From assembly GCA_963769025.1 (NCBI GenBank), contig CAVYKI010000003.1:96001-160000 (forward strand): a stretch of 64,000 nucleotides of DNA. The letters are read 5' to 3'. This DNA is from an uncultured Verrucomicrobiae bacterium (GTDB lineage Bacteria; Verrucomicrobiota; Verrucomicrobiia; Chthoniobacterales; Chthoniobacteraceae). Shown here piece after piece: positions 39,839 to 50,169 of the stretch. Below the pieces are notes generated by a model. That model searched no databases. It was not told the origin of the DNA and saw nothing but the letters and a program-made list of their open reading frames with translations. Every line of letters starts with the position of its first letter. Position 1 is the stretch's first letter. Position numbers and translations under genes: made by a program.

Positions 39839-40381
39839 ATGTCCATCGCGACCAAGACCGGCGACGGCGGCACGACCGCCCTGATGTTTAACCGACGCAT
39901 TTCCAAGACGGACATCCGCGTAGCGACGTATGGCGCGTGCGACGAACTGAACGTCGCCATCGGCATGGCGCGGGCTTGGAACGAGGATCCGTTCATCACG
40001 CAGCCGCTGGAGGAAATCCAAAAGGAACTCGTGACGCTGATGGGCGAACTCGCGGTCGCCGAGGAGGACCGCGCGCGCTACGTGGAAAAGGGCTACAAGC
40101 TCGTGGAGCCCGCGATGGCGGAGCGGCTCACGGCGCTGGTGGATGATTTGGAAAGGAACCACAAGATCAGCTACAAGCACTGGGCCACGCCGGGCGCGAC
40201 GAAGGGCAGCGCGATGCTCGACGGGATGCGCGTCGCCTGCCGCCGCGCCGAACGCGCCGTGTGCACGATGCGCGAGGCGGGCTTCCCCGTGAGCGATGCG
40301 ATCGTCCATTATCTCAACCGCCTCTCGGACCTCGCGTGGCTCTATGCGCGCTTCGTGGAGACGAAGGCCGGGGTCGCGTGA
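39839..40381 (+). CDS. ATP:cob(I)alamin adenosyltransferase, PduO type
   Basis: MSIATKTGDGGTT, YGACDELN, RVACRRAER, YLNRLSDL. Confidence 0.93.
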   Translation: MSIATKTGDGGTTALMFNRRISKTDIRVATYGACDELNVAIGMARAWNEDPFITQPLEEIQKELVTLMGELAVAEEDRARYVEKGYKLVEPAMAERLTALVDDLERNHKISYKHWATPGATKGSAMLDGMRVACRRAERAVCTMREAGFPVSDAIVHYLNRLSDLAWLYARFVETKAGVA

Positions 40382-40404
40382 GCACGGGAGCATCGAGCAA
40401 TATG

Positions 40405-40488
40405 AACGCAGAGACGCAGAGACGCGGAGGAGCAGGAAAAGCCACCGAAGTGCCGCTCGGATTCTCCGCGTCTCTGCGTCTCTGCGTT
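40405..40488. repeat. Perfect 25-bp-arm inverted repeat built from an 8-bp ACGCAGAG unit (REP/MITE-like)
   Basis: aacgcagagacgcagagacgcggag (40405-40429) - 34 nt - ctccgcgtctctgcgtctctgcgtt (40464-40488). Confidence 0.9.
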
Positions 40489-40560
40489 TAAAAAAATGAC
40501 TGACCGGAAAACCGAGACGCCAAGAGATTCTTCCCCGCCCCGTATTCCATTTTGCCAGAC

Positions 40561-43557
40561 ATGAAACTCCCCACATTCCTGCTCTGCCTCCTCGCCGCAG
40601 CGCGCATGCATGCCGCGGACGCGCCGGATTTCACGCGCGAGGTGCGGCCGATCCTCTCGCAGCACTGCTTCAAATGCCACGGTCCGGATGACAAGACGCG
40701 CAAGGGCGGCCTGCGGCTCGATGTGCGCGACTCGGCGCTCAAGGAGGCGAAGTCCGGCGGCATCGCACTCGTGCCGGGCAAGGCGGACGAGAGCGAACTC
40801 GTCGCGCGCATTTTCACGAGCGACGAGGATGAGCTGATGCCGCCGCCTTCCGCAAAGCGCCCGCTCACGGCGGCGCAAAAGGAGATCCTTCGCCGCTGGG
40901 TCGCCGCGGGCGCGGAGTATCAGGAGCACTGGGCTTTCGTGCGCCCAAACCCGGTCGAACCTCCCGCAGTGAAACGCGCCGACTGGCCGCGCAATGCGAT
41001 CGACCGCTTCATCCTCGCGCGCCTCGAAGCCGCCGGCCTCGCGCCTTCGCCCGATGGCGATCCCGCGACGCTGTGCCGCCGCCTTTACCTCGACCTCACC
41101 GGCCTCCCGCCGACTCGCGCGGAGCAGGATGCCTTCACGCAGGCCGCGAAAAAGGATCTGCAATCCGCGATCGAAATGCTCGCCGACAAACTCCTCGCTT
41201 CGCCCCGCTACGGCGAACGCTGGGCGCGGCGCTGGCTCGATCTTGCGCGCTACGCCGACACCAACGGCTACGAAAAGGATCGCCCGCGCAGCATCTGGCC
41301 GTATCGCGATTGGGTCATCAGCGCGCTCAACGCCGACAAGCCGTTCGACGAGTTCACCGTCGAACAAATCGCCGGCGACATGCTGCCCGGCGCGACGCTC
41401 GACCAGCGCATCGCCACCGGCTTTCACCGCAACACGATGCTGAACGAGGAAGGCGGCATCGATCCGAACGAGTTCCGCTTTCACGCCGTGACCGACCGCG
41501 TCGCCACGACGGGCGCGACGTGGCTCGGCCTGACGCTGGGCTGCGCGCAGTGTCACACGCACAAGTTCGACCCGCTCACGCACCGCGAGTATTTCCAGCT
41601 CATGGCGTTCCTGAACAACGCCGACGAACCCGACGTGGACATCCCGCCGCCGGACGCCGAAGAGCAGCGGAAAAAGAACGCGGCGCTCGCGGAGAAGCTC
41701 CTCGCGGAGCTGCCGGAGAAATGGGCAACGAAGCCCGCGCCGAAGCCCGACGCCGAGCCGGTGCAGAAGCCGACGCTCGACGAAAAATTTGCCGAATGGC
41801 TCGCACAAGAACGCGCACGCACGGTGCGGTGGAAACCGCTGCGGCCTGCGTCGGCGAAGTCGAATCTCCCACTGCTCGCCATCGAGGGCGACGCCTCCAT
41901 TTTCGCCAGCGGCGACATCTCGAAAGCCGACACTTACGAGTTGCACTTCCGCGACGTGCCGGCGGGCGTCACTGCCGTGCAGCTCGAAGCGCTGCCCGAC
42001 CTTCGACTGCCAGCGCACGGACCGGGCATGGCATTTTACGAGGGACCGAAGGGCGACTTTTTCATCGGCGAGTTCCAGCTCTCCGCAGACGGGCGGCCGG
42101 TGAAATTCGCGGGCGTGACCGAGAGCTACTCGAAGAACAACTTCGGGAAAAATCCGGCGAATGCCGCCCTCATGCTCGACGGCGATCCGCAGACTGGATG
42201 GAGCACCGCGGGCAGGATGGGCGAGCGGCACACGGCGGTATTCACGCTCCCTTCCCCCGCCCCAGCCGCGCGCGACTGGACGCTGAAGCTCGTGATGGGC
42301 CGCCACTACGCATGCAGCATCGGGCGGTTCCGCATCTCGGTGACCACCGATGCCGCGCCGGCCGCCGCGCGCGATCTGCCGGAGGATGCCGATGCGCTGC
42401 TCCTCCTCCCCGATGCAAAACTCACAGCAACGCAACGCACGCGACTCCGAGAGGAGTTCCTGATGTCGCTCCCGGCACTCAAGGATGAAGCCGCTCGCAT
42501 CCGCTCGCTGCGCAAACCGCCGCAGCCGCCCATCACACTCGGCTTCCGCGAGCGCCCGCCGGAAAATCCGCGTCCCACATTCATCCATAGCCGCGGCGAA
42601 TATCTCCAGCCCACAGACCCGGTGACGCCGGGCGTGCCCTCGTTCCTCCCGCCGCTGCCGGCTGGCGCAACCCGCGACCGGCTCACGTTCGCACGCTGGC
42701 TCGTGTCGCCGGAAAATCCGCTGACCGCGCGGGTGACCGTGAACCGCCAGTGGGCCGCGTTTTTCGGCCAGGGGCTCGTGAAGACGACGGAGGATTTCGG
42801 ATACCAGGGCGAAGCGCCGACACATCCCGAACTGCTCGACTGGCTCGCAGTGGAATTTGTGAAACAGGGCTGGTCGCTGAAAAGGCTGCACCGCCTCATC
42901 GTCACGAGCGCGACCTACCGGCAGTCATCGCAGGTGACACCGGCGCTGCTCGCGGCAGACCCCGAGGACCGGATGCTCTCGCGCTTCCCGCGCGTGCGGC
43001 TCGATGCGGAAATCATCCGCGACGCGGCGCTCACCGCGAGCGGGCTGCTCACCGACAAGGTCGGCGGCCCGAGCGTGTATCCGCCGCAGCCGGATGGCGT
43101 GACCGAAGCGGCATACGGTGGAGGGAAATGGACTGCGAGCACAGGCGCCGACCGGTACCGCCGCAGCCTCTACACATTCAGCAAACGCACCGCGCCATTC
43201 GCGCTCTATAACACGTTCGACGCCCCGACGGGCGAGGCGTGCATCGCGCGGCGCGACGTGTCGAACACCCCGCTCCAGGCGCTCTCGCTGCTGAACGACA
43301 TCGTCTTCACCGAGGCTGCTCAGGCATTGGGAAAAATACTCGCCGGACAAAAGGCGGGCGACAGCGAGCGTCTGGACGAGGCGTTTCGACGCATCGTCTG
43401 CCGTAATCCCTCGCCGGAGGAACGCACAACACTGCTCCGCTTCCTGGAGATGCAGCGCGAGCGGCTCGCAAGCGCGAAGCCCTCCGCCGAGACCGCCGCG
43501 TGGACCGCACTGGTGCGCGCGCTCCTCAGCCTCGATGAAGTCGTGACGAAGGGCTGA
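40561..43557 (+). CDS. PSD1 / planctomycete cytochrome c protein (intact) with a central beta-sandwich-like insert
   Basis: [66 protein letters not shown]. Confidence 0.95.
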   Translation: MKLPTFLLCLLAAARMHAADAPDFTREVRPILSQHCFKCHGPDDKTRKGGLRLDVRDSALKEAKSGGIALVPGKADESELVARIFTSDEDELMPPPSAKRPLTAAQKEILRRWVAAGAEYQEHWAFVRPNPVEPPAVKRADWPRNAIDRFILARLEAAGLAPSPDGDPATLCRRLYLDLTGLPPTRAEQDAFTQAAKKDLQSAIEMLADKLLASPRYGERWARRWLDLARYADTNGYEKDRPRSIWPYRDWVISALNADKPFDEFTVEQIAGDMLPGATLDQRIATGFHRNTMLNEEGGIDPNEFRFHAVTDRVATTGATWLGLTLGCAQCHTHKFDPLTHREYFQLMAFLNNADEPDVDIPPPDAEEQRKKNAALAEKLLAELPEKWATKPAPKPDAEPVQKPTLDEKFAEWLAQERARTVRWKPLRPASAKSNLPLLAIEGDASIFASGDISKADTYELHFRDVPAGVTAVQLEALPDLRLPAHGPGMAFYEGPKGDFFIGEFQLSADGRPVKFAGVTESYSKNNFGKNPANAALMLDGDPQTGWSTAGRMGERHTAVFTLPSPAPAARDWTLKLVMGRHYACSIGRFRISVTTDAAPAAARDLPEDADALLLLPDAKLTATQRTRLREEFLMSLPALKDEAARIRSLRKPPQPPITLGFRERPPENPRPTFIHSRGEYLQPTDPVTPGVPSFLPPLPAGATRDRLTFARWLVSPENPLTARVTVNRQWAAFFGQGLVKTTEDFGYQGEAPTHPELLDWLAVEFVKQGWSLKRLHRLIVTSATYRQSSQVTPALLAADPEDRMLSRFPRVRLDAEIIRDAALTASGLLTDKVGGPSVYPPQPDGVTEAAYGGGKWTASTGADRYRRSLYTFSKRTAPFALYNTFDAPTGEACIARRDVSNTPLQALSLLNDIVFTEAAQALGKILAGQKAGDSERLDEAFRRIVCRNPSPEERTTLLRFLEMQRERLASAKPSAETAAWTALVRALLSLDEVVTKG

Positions 43558-43565
43558 GCGCCGCG

Positions 43566-44657
43566 CTAATCGCCGAACGAGATGCCGATCGCGCGGCAGG
43601 TCGCGACGATCTGGGAATCGGGCTGCACGAGCTTCTGCCGGCGCACTGCGCTCGCAATCGGAACGCTGAGCACCTGGCTGTTTTGGTAGCTCACCATCTG
43701 CCCGAATTTTTCCCCGACGATGAGGTCCACCGCCTTCACGCCGAAGCTCGTGCCGAGGATGCGATCCAGCGTCGTGGGATCGCCGCCGCGCTGAAGGTGG
43801 CCGAGCACACAGGTGCGGATTTCCTTCAGGAGCCGCGGGCGGTTCATGCGGTGATCGAGTTCATGCGCGACGCTCTCGCCGATGCCTCCCAGCCGGAACT
43901 GCCCGGGCTGGGTCGCGCGGTAATGTTCGCGTCCGCCCGTCGGCCGCGCGCCTTCCGCGACCACGATGATGGTGCTCGTATGACCGGCCCTCTCTCTCGC
44001 GCGCAACGCGTCCACGAGCCTGTCGTAGGTGAATGGGATCTCCGGAAGCAGGATGACATCCGCGCCGCCTGCGAGTCCGCCGTGCAGTGCGATCCAGCCG
44101 GCGTGCCGGCCCATGACTTCGATGATGATGACGCGCTTATGCGCCCGCGCGGTCGTGTGGAGCCGGTCGAGGGCATCCGTCACGCAGGCCACGGCGCTGT
44201 CGAAGCCGAAGGACGACTCGGTCGCCTCAAGGTCGTTGTCGATCGTCTTGGGCACGCCGATGACATTGATGCCCGCCTCGAAAAGCTGCTGCGAAGTAGC
44301 CAGCGAACCGTCGCCACCGATCGTCACGAGCGCGCTGATGCCCAACTTTGCGAGCGTCTCCTTCGTGCGCGCGATGATGTGCGGTTCGAGCCGCGCGCGT
44401 CCGCCCGGGCCGGACTTGCGCACGAAATGTCCGCGGTTCGTCGTGCCGAGAATCGTGCCGCCGCGCTGCATGATGCCCTCGGTGTTTTGCAGCGTCAGCT
44501 CCATGTGGCTGTCGTCGGCGAGCAAACCTTCATAGCCGTCGCGCAAGCCGATCACTTTCCAGTCCAGTTTCGCGGCCGTGCAGACGATGCCGCGCAGGAC
44601 CGCGTTGAGCCCGGGGCAATCTCCGCCGCTGGTGAGGACGCCGATGGTCCTGTTCAT
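43566..44657 (-). CDS. pfkA: 6-phosphofructokinase (PfkA family, group III type)
   Basis: TSGGDCPGLNA, GGTILGT, IGGDGS, PKTIDND, EVMGRHAGW, LGHLQRGG. Confidence 0.93.
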   Translation of the reverse strand: MNRTIGVLTSGGDCPGLNAVLRGIVCTAAKLDWKVIGLRDGYEGLLADDSHMELTLQNTEGIMQRGGTILGTTNRGHFVRKSGPGGRARLEPHIIARTKETLAKLGISALVTIGGDGSLATSQQLFEAGINVIGVPKTIDNDLEATESSFGFDSAVACVTDALDRLHTTARAHKRVIIIEVMGRHAGWIALHGGLAGGADVILLPEIPFTYDRLVDALRARERAGHTSTIIVVAEGARPTGGREHYRATQPGQFRLGGIGESVAHELDHRMNRPRLLKEIRTCVLGHLQRGGDPTTLDRILGTSFGVKAVDLIVGEKFGQMVSYQNSQVLSVPIASAVRRQKLVQPDSQIVATCRAIGISFGD

Positions 44658-45643
44658 CGCGAAGCCGTCGGCCTCCAGCCCTTCATCGGGCGGCCCGCCT
44701 GCGCCCACTGGTCGAGCAGCGCCCAGCCGCGAGAGAGGAGCGATTTTGCAACCGCAAATCGCGACGGCGCGCCGAGCACCACGATCGTGAGCCGGCGCGG
44801 AACAATGATGTGCTGCTCGCCGACCTGCTTGCTGTCCGGGGGCTTGGCCGCGGAGACCACGACGCACGCACCGGCCTTGCGCGTCGTGCCGGTCTTTACG
44901 CCGTCCACACCATCGATGCCGAGCAGCTCGTTCGTGTTCTTGAGCAGGAATGCGGGCGACTCTCCGCCCGCGGTCTTCCACGAGATCTTGCGATCCTTTT
45001 GCGAGGTATAAAACGCAAACCCGGTCTGGTTCACGGCGTAGTTCGCAAGCAGCGCGACGTCGCCCGCGGTGGAATACGGCAGCTTCCTTTCGAGGTCATC
45101 GAGACCGTGCGGGTTCAGGAATCGCGTGTTGCGCATGCCGAGTTTGCGCGCGAGGGCATTCATCTGCGCCACAAAAAAATCGGAAGCCTCCCGATCGGTG
45201 CGCCCTTGGCCGATCTGCCGGCCGACGTGAACGGCGAGCGTCTCCGCCGCCTCGTTGTCGCTCTGCAGGAGCGCTGCATACAGCGCATCGCGCAGGCTGA
45301 TGGTGTCCCCCGGTCGGAGGCCGATGCTGTTCGGGCTGTTCAATGCGGTGACCGTCTCCGGTACCGTCGCCAACTGGCTCATGTCCTGACCCTGCGCCTT
45401 TGCCCAATCGAGCACCACCATCGCAGTCGCGACTTTCGTGATGCTGCCGATCTGCACCTCGCGTTTTGCATTGTGCGAGTCGAGGACGAAGCCCGTGGTG
45501 GAGTCGGCGATGACCCAGGCGGAGGCCGAGAGATTCCCCTCTTCCTCCGGTGCGCCGCTGCGAATCTGCGCGTGCGCGGGAGCTGGCGCCGCAAGGGCCG
45601 CGATGAAGGCGAAAAGTCCGAGGATGGTGTACAGGCGTTTCAT
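44654..45643 (-). CDS. D-alanyl-D-alanine carboxypeptidase (peptidase S11)
   Basis: Signal peptide; SxxK (SITK), SxN (SDN), FLNPHGLD, KTG. Confidence 0.92.
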   Translation of the reverse strand: MKRLYTILGLFAFIAALAAPAPAHAQIRSGAPEEEGNLSASAWVIADSTTGFVLDSHNAKREVQIGSITKVATAMVVLDWAKAQGQDMSQLATVPETVTALNSPNSIGLRPGDTISLRDALYAALLQSDNEAAETLAVHVGRQIGQGRTDREASDFFVAQMNALARKLGMRNTRFLNPHGLDDLERKLPYSTAGDVALLANYAVNQTGFAFYTSQKDRKISWKTAGGESPAFLLKNTNELLGIDGVDGVKTGTTRKAGACVVVSAAKPPDSKQVGEQHIIVPRRLTIVVLGAPSRFAVAKSLLSRGWALLDQWAQAGRPMKGWRPTASR

Positions 45644-45702
45644 TGGCTGAAAAATGTCCGCCACAATACCGGTGCGTGAAGGCGAGGCAAGGGCTGGCGC
45701 GC

Positions 45703-48700
45703 TCACTCCGTGCGCAGCGCCGCGAGCTGGGAACGCCGCAGGGCGATGCGCGTGGCGAGCCAGGCCCAGAATGCTCCGAACAACGCCACGCCGAAAAGGA
45801 GCGTGAGGATTCCGCGCCACGGGAAATGCGCGGCCCGCGCGGCGAGGCGGGGCCACACGGCGGTGAGCGCGCTCACGGCTCCGATGCCGACCGCGCCGAT
45901 GATGAGCCAGCGGTGCTCGGCGAAGACGAGGCGTCGCAGCGTGCGCGGTGTGAAGCCGACGGCTTCAAGCAGGCCGAATTCGCGGCGGCGCTCGAAGACA
46001 TTCCGCGCGACGACGATGCCGAGTCCGGCGCTGCCGAGCAGCATTCCGAGCCCGCCGAGGACTTGGAAAATCGAGAGGTAGGTGTTCTCGACCTCGTTGA
46101 ATTCCGCGAGGCGTTTCACGGCGGGAGTGAGTTCGAGACCGCGGTCGCCGAGTTGCCGCGAGAGATGCTCGCGCACGGCGTCCATCTTTTCCCGCGGGCA
46201 ATCCACGAGGAAGAAACGGGTGCCGGCGATGTTTGGAAATTTCGCGACGAAGTCGCGCTCAGGAATGATGACGACGCCCTGCAGGACGCTGCCGTTGACC
46301 GTCGCCGCGAATTTCACGCGCACGGGCTCGCCGCGCTCGCCTGCGGATTCGAGCACGTCGCCGAGCTTTTTCTGCAACGCCCATTGCAGGGTGTTGGCAT
46401 CCACGACTCCGGGGATTGCGCCGTCCGCCTTCACGGCGGGCCAGTCGAGGCCGAAGGGCTTGTCGCCCAGTTGGGAAAAGTCCACGCCGAGGAGGCGCGG
46501 CTGCATCGCGCGGTTGAGGTTCAGGCAGCTTGCGTCGTCGCCGTCGCGCACGCGCATCTGCACGACGCGGACGCCCGTCATGAGTTTGTCATCGAGCGCG
46601 TAGGCGTCGCGGCCCTTGGCGGAGTTGAGGTCTTCGTAAATCGGCGCGCTGCTCTCGCCGATGAATGCGAAGCCGCCCGTGCCGGAGTCGCGGCGTGCGG
46701 AGTCCTCGGGCGCGCCTTTGCGGAAGGAATCCACGGCGATGACCATGAAGACGCCGCTCGCGAGCACGGCGATCGTCGCGAGGCTGCGTCCGCGTCGGCG
46801 CGAGATGTTGCGTGCGCCGAGTTGCGCGATGGATTCCGCGCCGGTGCCGGCGGCGACCTGGCGGAGCCGCGCCAACGCGAAGAGACATCCCGCGATGAGC
46901 AGCAGCGCGCCCGCGCCGAAGAATGCGCCGGAGTTTCCCTTCGCGAGCACCGCGAGCGCGATGGCACCGGCCACACACGCCGCCGCGATGATCGCGAGCT
47001 TTCCGCCGGAAGCATTTTGTTTATTTGGGGACTGATTTCGAGAGCCGGAGTTTTCGGCATCCACGCCGTTCAGGAGTTCGGCAGCCTCCATTTTGAAAAG
47101 CCGCTTGCTCGCGAGCCACATGGCGATGAGCGCGACGAAGACTCCGCTCACGACGCCGATGGCCATCGTGACTGCCGACGGCGCGAAGACGAAATGCGTG
47201 CCGCCCGTCGCGCCGCCCCACACTCCGGCGAGCGCGTGCAGCACGCCCTTCGTGTAGAGCGCGGCGAGCAATGCGCCGGCGAGCGATCCGATGAGCGCGA
47301 GCACGAAGCCCTCGCGCAGGAACAGGCGGCGCACCTTTTTCACCGGCCAGCCGGTGGCGAGCAGCAGCCCGGCCTCGGCGGCGCGCTGCTCGATGGTGAA
47401 CGTGAACAGCAGCCCCGTGAGCACCGCCGCCGCGGCGATGAGGAAGAAGCTGAAATAGACAAACAGCTCGCCGAAATCCACGGGCGCATTCGTCGCGGCG
47501 AGCGCCTGCTCGCGGAGGTTCACGGTGCGGAAGCCGAGCGCGGCGGGGTCTATGAATGCAGCGATGCGCTCGACCTGCTCGCGTTTCGTCCCGGCGGGAT
47601 AGCGGATGCTCGTGAGGTTGCCCCAACGGTTGCCCCACAGCTCCTGGCCGGTTTTCAGCGTCACGAATGCCTTCGGCGTGCCGCGGTATTTTTCCCAGTA
47701 GTCCTCGTCCTTCTTACGCACGCGCGTCGCGTCAAAGTCGAATCCGGGCTTCCATTTTCCGAAGCTCTTTTTGTCGGGGACGTTTGGAAAATCCGGCATC
47801 CACGAGTCCTTGCCGTCGGGATCCGTCTGGAGTTGCGGCGTGTCCATTTCGAGGATCGGTGCGGCGACGGTGAAAGTGCGCGCCTTCTCGAGGAGCTGAC
47901 GCCGCTCGCCCATGACGAAATACTTCAGCGCCACCTTCGCGCCCGGCGCGACGCCGAGGTCGTCCGCGAGCCAGCGCGTGATCTGGATTTCGTCGTCCGC
48001 CAGCTTCGGATTCACAAAGCCCGACGCCGCCGCATCAATCGCCGTGACCATCGAGTAGGGCGTGGCGTTCGCCTTCGCATCCAAGCCGTCGCCCGGGCGG
48101 ATGTCGTTGACGAAATAGGTGAGTGAATCGAGGCCGCGGGGAGGAGGCTGGAGTTGGGCCGCGTCCGACGAACCGCCGGCTTCATTTTTGCGCGCAGCTT
48201 CGACGAGGGATAGCTCCAGGAATATCCGGCTTGTCCGGACATCGAGCCCTGCGCCGTTCGGAAGCTCGCGGATCTCGACATCCGCCGTCGCTAGAAGCTG
48301 GCCGGCCTCTTGCGGCTCGAGGGAACCGCTTGGAGCCTGCTGCGCGGTACGGCTGCCGGCAGCGCTCTCCGCAGGGTGCACGCCGAGCAGGAGATTGGCC
48401 TTGTCCTTCAGTCCGCTTGTTTCCTGAAGCAATGAAACCGGCACGAACGCCGTGAACGGCGACACCTGGCCGCTCGTGAGCGCGAAACGCCCAAAGTCCG
48501 CATCGCCCACGACGCGCGCGACCCGGACGTTGAATGTGACCGCTGCGTCCTCTGCGCCCGAGAGCGGGGCGTCCTTGGAAATCGCGGACGGCTTTTCCAT
48601 CCGCAGACGGACTTCGTCGCCGACCTTCACGCCGAGCTGCGTGGCGAGGCGTTCGTTCAGCGCGACTTCATTCGCGGCGAGAGGGACGGGCTTCGCCGAA

Positions 48701-49080
48701 GGCGACAGTTTCCAAAACGCATCGTCCACGCCGACGATCTGGACTTTGTTTGCGCGCGCCTTTCCGTCGGAGCGCGCTGCGGTGCCCGAGAGCATCAGTA
48801 CGCCCGCGGCGTCCGGTCCCGGCACAAACGTGCGCGCCACGACTTGCGGACGCTTTGCCGCATCGCCCGGCCACGGGACGAAGCGCTCGCCGCAGAGCAG
48901 TGCCTCGCCGATTTTCCCCACGCGCGCCACGGCCTGCTCGCGGAGCGTGGCCTTCACGGAATCGCCGACCATGAGCGCGCCGGTGAGCACGAGCGCGGCG
49001 AGCGCGGAGCCTAGGATGACGCCGAGGTGCGTGCGCCAGTAGTGGCGGAGGCTGTCGAGCAGCAGGCGGCGCGTGGTCAT
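45703..49080 (-). CDS. ABC transporter permease with duplicated FtsX/MacB-type domains
   Basis: 1125 aa; two TM clusters, EQRAAEAGLLLATGW and ERRREFGLLEAVGF motifs, large periplasmic loops. Confidence 0.9.
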   Translation of the reverse strand: MTTRRLLLDSLRHYWRTHLGVILGSALAALVLTGALMVGDSVKATLREQAVARVGKIGEALLCGERFVPWPGDAAKRPQVVARTFVPGPDAAGVLMLSGTAARSDGKARANKVQIVGVDDAFWKLSPSAKPVPLAANEVALNERLATQLGVKVGDEVRLRMEKPSAISKDAPLSGAEDAAVTFNVRVARVVGDADFGRFALTSGQVSPFTAFVPVSLLQETSGLKDKANLLLGVHPAESAAGSRTAQQAPSGSLEPQEAGQLLATADVEIRELPNGAGLDVRTSRIFLELSLVEAARKNEAGGSSDAAQLQPPPRGLDSLTYFVNDIRPGDGLDAKANATPYSMVTAIDAAASGFVNPKLADDEIQITRWLADDLGVAPGAKVALKYFVMGERRQLLEKARTFTVAAPILEMDTPQLQTDPDGKDSWMPDFPNVPDKKSFGKWKPGFDFDATRVRKKDEDYWEKYRGTPKAFVTLKTGQELWGNRWGNLTSIRYPAGTKREQVERIAAFIDPAALGFRTVNLREQALAATNAPVDFGELFVYFSFFLIAAAAVLTGLLFTFTIEQRAAEAGLLLATGWPVKKVRRLFLREGFVLALIGSLAGALLAALYTKGVLHALAGVWGGATGGTHFVFAPSAVTMAIGVVSGVFVALIAMWLASKRLFKMEAAELLNGVDAENSGSRNQSPNKQNASGGKLAIIAAACVAGAIALAVLAKGNSGAFFGAGALLLIAGCLFALARLRQVAAGTGAESIAQLGARNISRRRGRSLATIAVLASGVFMVIAVDSFRKGAPEDSARRDSGTGGFAFIGESSAPIYEDLNSAKGRDAYALDDKLMTGVRVVQMRVRDGDDASCLNLNRAMQPRLLGVDFSQLGDKPFGLDWPAVKADGAIPGVVDANTLQWALQKKLGDVLESAGERGEPVRVKFAATVNGSVLQGVVIIPERDFVAKFPNIAGTRFFLVDCPREKMDAVREHLSRQLGDRGLELTPAVKRLAEFNEVENTYLSIFQVLGGLGMLLGSAGLGIVVARNVFERRREFGLLEAVGFTPRTLRRLVFAEHRWLIIGAVGIGAVSALTAVWPRLAARAAHFPWRGILTLLFGVALFGAFWAWLATRIALRRSQLAALRTE

Positions 49081-49754
49081 TGCGCGGGGGCGAATTTTCC
49101 GTCGAGCAGCTCCAGCACGCGGCCCATTTTCTTCGCAAGTTCGGGGGCGTGCGTGACGAGGATGATGGTGATTTTCTCGCGCTCATGCACCTCGGCGAGG
49201 AGGTCGGCGAGGCGCGCGGCGCTGGCACGGTCGAGCGCGCCGGTGGGCTCGTCGGCGAGGAGGAGCTTTGGGCTGTTGATGAGCGCGCGGGCGATGGCTG
49301 CGCGCTGGCGTTCGCCGCCGGAGAGCTGGCCGGGGCGGTGGTCGAGGCGGTGGCTGAGGCCGACGGCTTCGAGGAGCTTCGCGGCGCGTTCACGCAACGC
49401 GGCGCGGCCGGCGTCCTTGCGGACGATGGAGGGGATGAGGACGTTTTCCAGCACGGTGCATTGCGGGAGCAGGTGGTGGAGCTGGAAGACGAAGCCGACG
49501 GTGGTGTTGCGGAATTCGGCGAGTTCGACAGGCGTGAGCTTGGTGAGGTCGCGGCCGGCGACGGTGATTTCGCCGGAATCGGCCTGGTCGAGCGCGCCGA
49601 TGAGATTGAGCAACGTGCTTTTCCCGCAGCCACTCGGGCCGGTGATGGCGACGGTCTCGCCTTCGGCGATGGAGAGGCTGATGCCGTTCAGCACGGGAAC
49701 CGCGACAGCGCCGGACTGGTAGGACTTGGTGACGTTCTGGAGTTCCGCGAGCAT
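49077..49754 (-). CDS. ABC transporter ATP-binding protein (LolD/MacB-like)
   Basis: GPSGCGKST, VFQLHHLL, LSGGERQR, LLADEPTGALD, VTH; overlaps the permease start. Confidence 0.93.
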   Translation of the reverse strand: MLAELQNVTKSYQSGAVAVPVLNGISLSIAEGETVAITGPSGCGKSTLLNLIGALDQADSGEITVAGRDLTKLTPVELAEFRNTTVGFVFQLHHLLPQCTVLENVLIPSIVRKDAGRAALRERAAKLLEAVGLSHRLDHRPGQLSGGERQRAAIARALINSPKLLLADEPTGALDRASAARLADLLAEVHEREKITIILVTHAPELAKKMGRVLELLDGKFAPAQ

Positions 49755-49956
49755 TCGCGGAGCATCGGTGATCTTCGCACCGAGTTCCAATGGCGAAGTT
49801 CATCACGATCTTGTCGCCCGACCAAAGCGGCGATGCGTTCCTGAAAAAAACTTACCCCGCCGTGGCGGTCAGCACGCGGCGGGGCGTTTAAAATTGGCGA
49901 CTTCGACTTTATCCGCTGCTCAACCGCGCGAAGGAGGCGGATGAGGCAACTGGGCG

Positions 49957-50133
49957 TCAGATGATGCGAGCGCGCACCGAACGGCTGCCCGCCTGGAGGC
50001 GGACGCGGCCAGTCTCGAGCAGATCGGCGACGGCTGCGACGGTTTCGCGGCTGTTCCGGCTTTGATTGCTGACGGCGAGGATGAGGTCGCCGAGGGTCAG
50101 GTTGCGGTGGGCGATTTTGAGGGGCTTTTTCAT
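49957..50133 (-). CDS. Small basic hypothetical protein, 58 aa (paralog B)
   Basis: Manual translation MKKPLKIAHRNLTLGDLILAVSNQSRNSRETVAAVADLLETGRVRLQAGSRSVRARII; about 36 of 59 positions identical to the neighbour; host-like codons. Confidence 0.85.
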   Translation of the reverse strand: MKKPLKIAHRNLTLGDLILAVSNQSRNSRETVAAVADLLETGRVRLQAGSRSVRARII

Positions 50134-50169
50134 GGGATTGGGGAGTTTGTGTGTTGGTCTTGGGGCGGA

